Source: Vicugna vicugna | Taxonomy: Eukaryota | Length of the DNA: 64,000 nucleotides | Reading direction: 5' to 3' | NCBI GenBank assembly: GCA_013265495.1 | Contig: MU058451.1 | Span: forward strand, 2,537,305 to 2,601,304 | Shown here: positions 1 through 11,100 of the stretch, in pieces | Layout: each line of letters opens with the position of its first letter | Numbering within the stretch: the stretch's first letter is position 1 | Notes under the pieces: generated by a model | What the model was told of the DNA's origin: nothing | The model's input: the letters and a program-made list of their open reading frames with translations, nothing else | The model's database searches: none | Made by a program: the position numbers and the translations under genes

Positions 1-321
1 GCTCAGTAAAACACAGCACTAAATACAAGGCAAGTGAATGTTGTTTCTCATCCTTGTTCACATCCCAAGTCCTGCCTTGCCTGGAAAGGGAAGTCCCCAA
101 GGTGAACCAAAGTGCCCAAAGGCAAGTAAGCTCATCCCAGCAGGAACACACGAGTCCCGTCGCAAAGCACACAGGTTATCTGAGGAGCAAATCATGGCAG
201 ATCGCCATGCTAGTATTCCTTCCTAACAGAAGAGATTATTTTTGTTAAAAAAAAATTATCTTCTCAATAATCTTCCAGGGGGACTAACAGAAACAGGCAG
301 CCGCGTGCGGCGGGGACACAC

Positions 322-481
322 CTGAGCTGACTTTTCTGGAATAGGTTCGTTCTGCAGCGCTTGGAGGGCCTTCATGGCGGCGTTGTGTCTAGCGGCTTGT
401 CGAGTCTTTCCTTCCCCAAAAAATTCATTATTTCCTACAGTCAGCTGAACATAAAAGATCTTGGGCATTGGGCAATGGTAC
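322..481 (-). CDS. STAU2: STAU2 coding exon (160 nt, phase 2 to 0): (R)YHCPMPKIFYVQLTVGNNEFFGEGKTRQAARHNAAMKALQALQNEPIPEKSAQ, C-half of dsRBD2
   Basis: dsRBD motif GEGKTRQAARHNAAMKAL. Acceptor TTTCTCACTTTAG|G, donor CAG|GTGTGT. AG|G = Arg across the junction. Confidence 0.97.
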
Positions 482-1184
482 CTAAAGTGAGAAAATTACA
501 AAATTAATGTTAGCTCAATAAAAATCACTCGATAATCATTAGTAAGACTTATTTTCTTTAAAATGATACCAACTATATAATGCACTATACGTTCTTACTA
601 ACCACAATAAAGTTTTAACCTAACCAATGTATTTATAAAAGATAAAATGTGAGTCAATGGATCTATTGATGATAAAGAGTGTATACTGATCTCTACAAAA
701 ATGTATTTTAGAAACAACACTACACACAAATTAATATTGTAAAAGTTATTTAATTATATCACAGAAGACCTCCTGGTGAGAAGTGTTCAGTGACAGAAGT
801 GAGCCAAATCTTCTGGTGCTAGAGGATGGGGACCTCCTACAGAGGGTGGAGACAAGCAAGCCCATCTAGGTGACAACATTGAGATCATTGTGCTTTTAGC
901 AGAAGATAATTACGACTAGATATGGGAAGGGCAGAGAGACGAAGCTACTACTGTAAAGATATAAGCACTCTGCAAAGTAATAAGATCAGATTCAACATAA
1001 GAATGAAGAGTTTAAGCCAATTCTTAAGCAGAAAGTATCATAGTAAAATGCATATAAGGTGAAAACTTGGAGCAGGTTTGTGTTTGAGACTGAGGTAAGG
1101 AGGCATGACTAGAAAGTTTCAATGACGTGGACATGGTAGAATTCAAAAACAAACTTAGAAGAAATTAAAAGGGTATGCAATAAA

Positions 1185-2960
1185 ATCCATTAATTCAACA
1201 GTGACTTAAGAAGCACCTTCTTATGATGGGGGACTAAGACAATGAACAAAAACACACATTTTAGTGGAGACAATAGACAAAGACAGATATGTAGACTATC
1301 TAGTATGTTAGAAATATAAAACAGAAAAAGAAGAAAGGGTTCAGAAGCGTTGGGAGGGGAAGTGTTTAGGTAGAGTGACCAGTGAGTATCTCATTGAGAA
1401 GATGACAATTGTGTAAAGATCTAGAGTAAGTTAGGGAGGAAACCATGCAGAAATCTAGAACAGAGCATTTGAGGAAGTAAAAACTCCAAGTGCCCAGGCT
1501 CTGAGGCAGCAGTGCACCATGCATGTTCAAGCAATTCCAAGGATTCCCACCTGGTTAGAGCTGAGGACGTGAAGGAAGGGAAGCTAAGAGATGGGAAGGG
1601 GTGACCAGATTCCACAGGGACTCCCTTAGAAACCACTGTAAGGATCTGACTTTCCTCCTGAGTGAAATGGCCAGCCACTAGAAGGTTCTGAGGGGAGAAG
1701 TGACATCATCTGACTTACATCTTGGAAGGATCATCTGACTATATGCTGGCAACAGCCTGTAGGGGAATGATGAGAGAATCAAGGAGATCTGTTAAGAGGC
1801 TCCTGCAGTAACACAGGTGCCTGAACTAGGGTGGAAGCATTAGAAGTAAGGAGAAGTAGTTGGATCCTGGACAAATTTCAAAAGTAGAGATGATGGGTTT
1901 GCCCAAGGACCAGATAAAGAATATGAGAGGGGAGCTGAGGGAGACCCCAGGGTTTCTGACATGAGCACCTGGAAAAATGAGCATCCACACACCAAGCTGG
2001 TGAAGACTGCAAAAGGGATGGGTTTGCTTGGGATGAGCATCAGCAGCCCTGGTTTGGAGATGTGAAATTATTCAGTCTGTTGGGCATTCAAACGAAGATG
2101 TCAAATGGACAGTCTGATCTATGAGTCTGGACCCCAGGAAAGAGGTCCAAGGTGGAGTTACAATTTGGGAATCATCAAATTCCACATAGATGGAATTTAA
2201 AGTCACAAAACAGTGAGAATTCTGTGGGAGGGAGTGACAGGAGGAAAACCAAGCAAGCACAGTGCCCTTCCTGAAAGCCAAGTGGGGAAAAGGGATCTCT
2301 AGGAAGAGGGTAGAGTCAATTGTGTCAAGTGTTACTCACAGGTCAAGTGAAATGATGACTGAGAACTACTACCACTGAAGTGGGCAATTGAGCAAAACTA
2401 ACAGGATCAGTTTTGATGGAATGCTGGATTTATCATTGTTAGGCTGAAAAATTAAGTTAAAAATCGCTCCAGTGATGGAAAATGTCTATTTCCAAGCAAA
2501 AAGAAGCCAACTGAGGTCCAACTAAGTTTTAGATGATTATTGCACATCCAAGTAGCAGAGTTCTATATTCAACCTGAGATAAACTGGACAGAGTCCATTG
2601 TTTAAGAATTCATAGGCAGATGGGACTAATCAGTGAAGGTTCACTGAAGGTGAAGGACTAGAAATGTACATTGGTACTGAAGATGCAGATTTGGGAGGCA
2701 GTAATTGAAACCATGTGAGTGGATAAGCACCTGGAAAGGGCAAGTGTAAAAGAACCAAGAAACAGAGCCTAAGGCTGGGATCTGATTAATGCCATGATCA
2801 AAAGGCAGGGGAAATAATAGACAGCAGTGAAGGAGATGAAAGAAGGCCAGAGTTAGAAAAGAAATTACAACAGAATGTCAGGGAAACGGATAATCAACAA
2901 TGTCAAATGTAGTGGAGAAATCCAGAGTGAGTATGAAAAAGAAAGAAAAAGTCACTGCTT
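1185..2960 (-). mobile_element. LINE-2 remnants
   Basis: Purine-rich reverse-L2 motifs (taattcaaca..., gggaggaaaccatgcagaaatct, ggagttacaatttgggaatcatca). Confidence 0.7.
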
Positions 2961-4429
2961 TAAATTTTTAAAGTCAATTTTCTTGGCCCACAGTTTTCTA
3001 AAAATTAAAGATAAAATATTTTAAATGTGTTTTTACTGTACGTCATATGTTCTCATTTTTAATTGGCAAACATAAAAAAGTGAAGGGAGAAAAAAAATCA
3101 CCTATAGTAAAAGGTATTTTTTTAACACACAAAGACTAAAAAGCATTAAAACCACAATCTTTCTGTTCTTTGCAGTAACTAGCGGTTTATTAAAGCACAT
3201 AATCTCATGTTACCTATTTTATTTTAGATTCCTTTAATGCAGAAATTTTGACAGAACTAATATCATGAGTGCAGGTTATCTTCATTTTATTTCTCATAAA
3301 ATTCAGGTTTCCCACCTCCACAGAACTTTATGCATACTTTTAACTGGTTTCACTATAAAACTTTAAAGACAGACAACCTGAAATCAGAAATGTACTCCTG
3401 GACTCAGATCTTACATGGCAATATTTCACCAAAGAGCAAATGTTTACAATTAATTACACACTTCTGAAAATCGAGGCCCACGACTGGAATGCTAACAGAC
3501 CTTTAACTACAGCACAGGGACTGGGCGCCACAGTAATCACCAAGGCCTGCTGACAATTACAAAACTCATTTCGGTTTGCCACAGAGACAAACAAAATTTC
3601 TGTTCATTACAACTTTACTGGAATATGATGTCATAACACATAACCATACTGAAACAATCTGCTGATTTTCTGACCAAAATATTAATTGCACACTAAAGAG
3701 CCCTTGGGGCCTCTTCCTTTTTGGCCATCAAATATGGCTTTATGTATGTGTATGTGCGTGATGTGGGTACGTGTGTGTGTGTACATATATATATATATAT
3801 AATATCGTATAAATATCAGAGGGAAAATTAGGTATGTTGTATTTTTAACATGAAAAGTAAAATATTCTAGCACTAACAGCAGGAAATACCGAGAGCTGAC
3901 GCCTGACTTGTTTCATTCCAGCTTCATTCCATTCTCTTACTTAACAATGATTCTTAATAATCTACCTCATGGGGTTTGAATGCCTTATATATCACATCTC
4001 CTCACATCACCATGACAATTACGATTAACCAGAGCACTCCCATTAATGGCACCCAGACTGAATTATGGAAGAGAAGATGAAGAATTTTCCGTGGGTGTTA
4101 GGTCCTGGTCTCCAAATAATTCATTCCCTTTGCTAAAGAAACTCAGTTTATTAACTTTAAAGGTTGGTATGTTCTAGTTAATGGAATTCCCTTTTCTATT
4201 TTTATTTATTTCAAATATTTAGCACATTTTTGGTAACATGCTTATATTAAGTGAGGCACATATTTCTACAAACTGGCACATACATATTTACCTAATCTCA
4301 CATTGCTATTCTTGAATGATTTTCCTCAATTAGAATTTTGTGATCAATGCTTAGATCCCCATGGTGATTACTGTGAAAAGATGAGCCATGAAAACAAAGC
4401 CGGACCCTCTACCCACAGCCCCCAAAGTA

Positions 4430-4606
4430 CATTTTGCAAAGTGTGACCCCAATTTCTTAAGAACCATCTCTAGTGCTTGTTAAAAATGAAGGTTTCCTGT
4501 GTTCCAACCCTGATCTGCTGAATCAGTTTCTGAGGATGGAACAAGAGTCTCCACTTGCATAAGCTTCCCTGGTGAGTCTGCACACTCAAGTCTGTGAGCA
4601 CCTGCT
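4430..4606. mobile_element. MER5-like hAT-Charlie DNA transposon
   Basis: cttgttaaaaatgaaggtttc...ctgaatcag...aagcttccctggtgagtct, typical of MER5. Confidence 0.65.
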
Positions 4607-6525
4607 GCTCGGAGTCACCACAGTCCACCACGTGGCTCATGTGACTTGAAGACATCTCAGACTCCATGCCAGCGAGGGACTACACACATTCCTACAGTAC
4701 CACGGGTTTCTCATATCTTTCTCACTGAATCCTCACAGCAGCCTGGTGAAACAGATGTCCCCATGGTCACCTTGACAGGTAACATCTCTCTCCAACAGAG
4801 GTGCCGGGGGTCAAACTCAAGTCTGCCTAACTTCAGGGCTCAGCCAACTGTTAAGTAGTTTCCTGAATATCTGCTTTAACCTCTTCTATTTTTGTTCATA
4901 TATGTTTGTTAAACTGACTATGTCCTTGGCAGGCCAGAGAACCTAACACAAGTGTTCTTTCTAAACCTAAGGTCCACTAGCAGACTTCAAATGGGTTTTA
5001 CTGAGCAGCTGCTGAAACAAACAGACCTCCACAATGAAATCCTATGTTTTCACGGTACATCAAGCCAAGCGGGAACAAAAACAGGTACCACAGAGAATCT
5101 ATCAAGATAAAATGTCAGAGTAATGGGCTCATATGCCACACTGTCTAACAATCTCAACTGTATAAAGACTGTTTGGAACATCCATTTCCCCCCACCCCAT
5201 TCCTCCTTGTCCTTGGTCTCCTGGAAGTCTTACAAAAAATAAACAAACAAAGTTTCAAATAAAATAAAATCTTCCCTTTCTTTAGATCCCCTAAAAGTCT
5301 TTAGATTTGGCCTTATTCCAAGACTTCACAAGTCAATACAACAATAAAGAAAGAAATGACATTTGGTTCCTTTGAATCAATACTTAACACTCCTTATAGA
5401 GTTTTGTTTTTTGAGCAAAGGGAGGATTTCACATTCTTATATAAGTGCTCTCAAAAGAATGTACGTATTGTTATTCTTACATCTGACCGTCAGTTATAAC
5501 AACGTTCTACACCACATGTCCTTGCCTTCCTCCCTAAAGTTACCTCGTTAATGCCCTCTTTGTGGACTCATTCTGTATTTACCTTTCTAAACAACTAAAA
5601 TCCATACATCCTCCCTACCATTCTGTGACTGCCTTATCCTCCACCATCTGCACCTTCCTGAGTACCTTTTTTACAAGGTGAGAAAGACATATTCCAAATA
5701 ACATCAGAACTTTTAAAAATTGAAAAATAATTGCCTCATTTTATTTGATAGCATTATTCATAAATCTCAGCACAGCTTAAGCATTCATATCTCCTCTACA
5801 GGTTTATGTCTTAAATATATGAACATGTTATCTTCTGATCTAGTAAGGAGAGGCTCTGGGTTTCTGTGTTTATTTCTAACATTGACTGAAAACAGAAATG
5901 TCACTTAATCTTTCTATCTCAGTTTACTTATCTGTAAAATATTTGCAGAATTTATGTTTAAAGAACTCTAAAGGCCAAAACTTAGAATCCAACTGCCCTG
6001 TTGATTATTTTGACTCTTTGTACACTTTTTGGCACAGCTAAGCATTCTTTTTCTTGCTATAGAAAAATAATAGGTTTTATCATAAAGCTATAAAATAGTC
6101 CTTGGCATACTTTCAAGTTTGTATGTATATAAAATGTCTAGATAGGAGAGAGTTCTTTCTCTATTCACATCTATAAATTTTGAAAATATATCTTTTACAG
6201 GATCTAAATGTTTAGTCTTGAGAAATTTCAAAACTTAGGATCTGTTAGAAAAGGTTCTCTGGGCAGCTGAAAATAAGCTTTCAAAGAGGTATAAGGATAT
6301 ACCTACAAACAGAATAGTATTATTATAATTCTGTTTAAAATGCATAAAGGAAAATACAGAAAGATGCATTAACAGCTGGGATAGGGTGTTTTGGAGTGAT
6401 GGAATTATAAATGACATTTTCTTTCACAATTTCAAAATATTTTAAATAATATGGTTGTACTGGTGTATAAACAGAAGAAAATATTTAATTAAAGTCAGTC
6501 TACTCCCTGTCCAAAATAAAGGTAA

Positions 6526-6729
6526 ATCTACAGGCATATGCAGAATAGATAAACAAGATTATACTGTATAGCACAGGGAAATATATACAAGATCTTGTGG
6601 TAGCTCACAGCAAAAAAAAAGTGACAAAGAATATATGTATGTTCATGTGCAACTGAAAAATTGTGCTCTACACTGGAATTTGACACAACATTGTAAAATG
6701 ACTATAACTCAATAAAAAAAAAAGTAAAA
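6526..6729 (+). mobile_element. Young 5'-truncated camelid-type L1 3' end
   Basis: atagataaacaagattatactgtatagcacaggg...ctcaataaaaaaa with A-tail. Near-perfect TSD aaaataaa(a)ggtaa at 6513-6525 and 6730-6743. Confidence 0.85.
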
Positions 6730-7029
6730 AAAATAAAAGGTAACTATGTATTCCAAACATAAACCTGATCAACCAGTGTAATGATCTGTGGAATACAGAA
6801 TGTGAACCACAAGAGTAAATAGTTTGGACTGTGTCACTGATGCTAGAACCATAGCAGGACCATGGACATCAGGGCGCGTCATCAAAGAGCCCCATTTTGT
6901 AAACACACAATCACCACCCTCAATCCACACTTGGATCCAGCATAAAACTATTCTTGCCCCTTCCCTAAATGGATCTCTAGATAAATCATCATTATCACCA
7001 TCCCCATCACCCATTATCATGACGACAGC

Positions 7030-7250
7030 AAACACACAGAAAGAACTCACTATGTGCCAGGCTCTATTCCAAGCACTGTGCATACTAATCTCATTCAGTC
7101 ACCATAACAACTGTCACTTCACTTTACATACGAGGAAATGAGGAACAGAAATGTTAATGAACTTGCGCAAGGCCACTCCTACTTAAGCCAGCACTGAACC
7201 CCGACTCACTCCAGAGCCCATGATCTTAACCTCTACACTATGCTGTCTCT
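7030..7250. mobile_element. MIR SINE
   Basis: cactatgtgccagg...gaggaaatgaggaacaga...aacttgcgcaaggccac, the MIR core. Confidence 0.75.
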
Positions 7251-7477
7251 GAATGAACCAGATAAATGGGCACTTTAAACTGCAGAGGTACTAACTATAA
7301 ACTCTGGAGAGGTCATTACAGACTTGGAGCATCAAGGCAATTTAAGTCAAACTAGATCTAAGACATCAGTGCAAAGAGAAGTGAGTTCAGGAGACCGAGC
7401 TGATTGCAGCTCAGTCTTGTGCTTTGCATCCCCTCTTAACCCACCTTTCTGGAACCCCTGGTTAATCGCTAATGTTC

Positions 7478-8155
7478 CCATCAGGGAACTACAAATCAAA
7501 ACCACTGTGAGACCTACCACTTCACATTCACTAGGATGGCTATAGTTGGGCAACTGTGGAAAACAGTCTGGTGTTTCCTTAAAAGTTAAACATAGAATTA
7601 CCATTTGACCCAGCAATTCGCTCTCAGATATATAAACTGAAGAGAAATTTTAAAAGGTGTCGAAACAAAAATGGGTACACAAATGTTCATAGCAGCACTA
7701 TTCATACTAGCCAAAAAGTGGAAAGAAGTCAAAGGTCCATCCAACTGATGTTTGCTGATGAATCAGTAAACAGAATGTAGTATATGCAAACAGCGGAGTA
7801 CTGCACAGCCATACAAAGGAATGAAGCAGTGACATATGACACAACGCGGACGAACTCTGAGCTAAGTGACCGCTAGACACAAAGTCTACATCTCGTACGA
7901 TTCCATCTAGATGAAATGTCCGGAACAGGCAAATTCACAGAGACAGAAAGTAGATCAGTGGTTGCCAGGGGCTGGGAAGAGGGACAGTGGGGAATAACTG
8001 TTCATGGGTATGGGCTGACGAAATGCTCTGGAATTAGACAGTGGGGACGCCTCACAACACCGTGAATGTAGTAATTCACAGTGTACTGAACTCTACACTT
8101 TAAAATGGTTAAAACGGTGAATTTTATGTTACTGTGAATTTTACCTCAACAAAAA
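7478..8155 (+). mobile_element. L1MB-like 3' end (ORF2 C-terminus plus 3'UTR)
   Basis: catcagggaactacaaatcaaaaccac...gacccagcaattc...gtggttgccaggggctgg...ttttacctcaac. Confidence 0.85.
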
Positions 8156-8414
8156 CCAATTTTTTAAAAAATGTTCCTACTCCCTGGGGTTCAATCTTCT
8201 GTTTCTCATAGACAAGACAGTCTTCCTAGGTGATCTCACCTACTCCTATTTACATTCTTGGCAGACTCCCAGAAACACGCCTGCCAAATTGGGGGAGCAC
8301 AGGGGAGAGGGAATAAAAGTCATCCCTCCCTTTTGAACTCTCAGAAATTAATAACCTGGTCTTCTTCTTGCCCTTGTTCGATGACTGGGGGAGGGGGCAT
8401 GTGATTTAAATTAT

Positions 8415-8870
8415 TAATTTGACAAATATTTATTAAGGACCTAACGCATGCCAGGGACTGTTTTAGTCCCTAGGAATGGTGGACTGTCCTCAGGAGACAC
8501 AATCAATCAATAAATGAAACACTATCAACTAATAAGATGGGCTAGGAAGAAAGTAAAGCAGAGTAAGGGAACAGAGTAAAAGGGCTCCTTTAGGATGTGA
8601 CATTTGAATAAAGAGGTGAATGGAGTAAGAATTCTAAGCACGAGGATTCCTGCAGGAAAAAGTGTTTCAAGCAAACTGTACAGCAAGTGCAAAGGCCCTG
8701 GGATGGTAACATACAGGTCTTTTTTTTTTTGAGAAACAGCAAGTGTCCTGGAAAGCAGTGAGCCAAGGAGTGAGTGGTAGGGAACTAGCCAGAACTTAAT
8801 TCCACACGTGATGGGAGCCATTGGAGGGTTTTAAGCAGGGAAGTGACACGATCTGGCGTTACTTAAGTCT
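8415..8870 (-). mobile_element. LINE-2 3' fragment
   Basis: gacaaatatttattaagg...gccaggg...ggagccattggagggttttaagcaggg. Confidence 0.75.
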
Positions 8871-9554
8871 CTCACTGCTGTTTGTCCAAAGAAAAGCAAG
8901 AAAGCCACTGGCAGGCCACTGGCTAGTCTAGACAAGTCATCTCTGGAAATAGGAGACTGAACTGCCTGGGAGAATACAAGATTGCAAGCAGGGCTGGAAC
9001 TTCACTGAAGGATGGGACCAGTCAGCACAGTTACATTTTTCTGTAGCTCCCTGGGTGCAAGTACAGAGTCAGAGGAGCTGGACTTAACTAGTTACAGTTT
9101 TGTTAAGCATCAGTAATCATTCAAGTGGCAGGTACTAGAGTATACAGGAATTAAGGGACTGACTCCAGAACTGGCAAGGAAAGAATGATAAACTCCAGTG
9201 AAATACAGCCCTACAGAATCTGGCAGGTGAGCAAAGGCTGCAACTACCCTGGAATTCTACTCAATGTTTTCCCTAAGCGCCGGTGACAGAGGACACCTCC
9301 CTAATGTCCTGCCATCCCACTGGGTAGACAACGTGTAGCAGGAGCAGTAAGACATGCCTCCCACGTGGAGGCTGACAAGCAGTGCTGGAAGTGTTTCCAC
9401 TTAAAGAGGGGTCCCTAGCAGAGTAAGCAGGGCTCTCTTTCCTCTGGGTACCACGGCACACCGTCTGAGACAGGTAAATGACCAGCACCACAGACAGCCA
9501 CATGGAAGCCAGAAGGGAGCAGTGATGGTGCAGGAGTCGGGGGGGCTCCTCAGG

Positions 9555-9730
9555 GCAGCATTTCTCCAAGTGTGGGTCCCACACAAAAATCATCAGAGTC
9601 CTCCTGGTGGGGTCTAGGAACACCTGTTAAAATGCAGATTCAAGGCTGACAACCAGGCATCTTGGGTGGAGTCCAGAAATCAACATTATTACCAAAAAGC
9701 CTTGGTGGTTCTCATGCATGCTACAGACTG
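9555..9730. mobile_element. MER5A-like DNA transposon
   Basis: cagcatttctccaagtgtgg...tgttaaaatgcagattc. Confidence 0.6.
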
Positions 9731-9999
9731 AGACACAGCTCCTCACAGAGGTCTCCTTCCCTCCCCTTGCTCGTGAATATGAAGGCTTTCCATTCTTGAG
9801 TATTAACTTGGTGCCGGGCTCCCTTCTTGAATTCTCCTGCTGACTCTAAAAAGTTTCTAGCTCTTTGCAATTTTCCAGATTTCCACAACTGACCTGCAAA
9901 AAATGATAATCTTCCTCCTGTTTCTTTCCACATTTTATTCCTTTTATTTTCCCTAATTGTGTGGGTCCATACCTCCAACAGAAGACTAAACAGCAGTCG

Positions 10000-11100
10000 A
10001 TAATGGATGTTCTTATTTCTTACTTTAATAGCAATGTGGCTAGCGTGTTCTCGTCAGCATAATGCTGGCTGCTGGGGTGGGCTGAGATGGGATGGGATGC
10101 GATGGGATGGGGTGTGTGTGTGTGTGTGTGTCAGAGATAAAGAATATGCAGGTGTGCGTCTATAGTATACAGTTTACAGTGTTAAAGTAATATTCAGTTA
10201 CTCATAATGTATTGAAATTTCTAAGTCAAGAAAGGATTTTTTAATGTCTTTTCAGCAGCTGTGAGGTTAACAATTTTTAGTTTTCATCTCTTAATAAGAT
10301 GAATTTTATTAACATATTTTCTAATGGTGAAACAGTTCCACAATCCCAGAATAAATCCCTCTTAGTTATGGTGGTTCTTCTTTCAAAGGACTGCCAAATT
10401 CCACTTGCCGGCATTTCAATTAAGATTTTTCCATTGATATTCTGTAAATAATACTGATCTGAAGGGCTACCCTTTGTTGTTTTTTCAGACTGGCATTGTT
10501 GAAGTAGACACCAAAGTTATTTTGGGTTGCCCAGAATAACTTGTTTCCAGTTTTTGAAAGGGTCAGTGAAATTCTTCTGGGAAACCTCTCGGCCAGGCGC
10601 TTTTCTCGGGCAGGGGGCGGTGGAAGTTAGCTATTCAACTACTTATCCTTTTACGTCTATAGCAATCGGATCTTTATTTTCTCCTTTTGAGGTCAGTTTT
10701 GATCATTTACATCTTCCTACAAAAGCACCCCGTCCATCCAGGTTCTGAAATCATTTTCCATGAGTTGAGCAAAGTTCCTGTGTGAGAAGCGCCCTTTCCT
10801 ATGCGTCTGCGGTGCTCCCCCATCCTAGACCATGCTCTGCACCTCTGGGCTATACGCTCACGACTGCTTGCCTTGATGAGGTCACGTATTTATATATTTT
10901 ATTGGGTCTTCACAAGATACTGGATTCTGCATGGTTGTTTTTCTTTTCCTATTATCCTTCTGTTTTCTAATTAATCTATTTCTACGTTCATTTTCCTTCC
11001 TTAGACTTACTTTGTCACTCCTTTTCTAACTTCTTGTGTTGGATACATACTTCATTTTCAGGATATCTATTAATATAGACATAAGGTTAATGAACCTGCC
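10000..11100 (-). mobile_element. Highly decayed L1 (L1M/L1ME) ORF2 fragment
   Basis: T-rich reverse-L1 motifs (cccagaataaatccctcttagttatgg, cagttttgatcatttacatcttcctac). Confidence 0.6.
10085..10131. repeat. Compound microsatellite (GGGAT)n + (GT)10
   Basis: Read directly from the sequence. Confidence 0.9.

Noticed and set aside
9273..9623. 116-aa ORF and E-box (CACGTG) in a GC-richer patch
   Set aside because: Overlaps a MER5-like element, non-ATG start, no homology recognised, too small for a CpG island.
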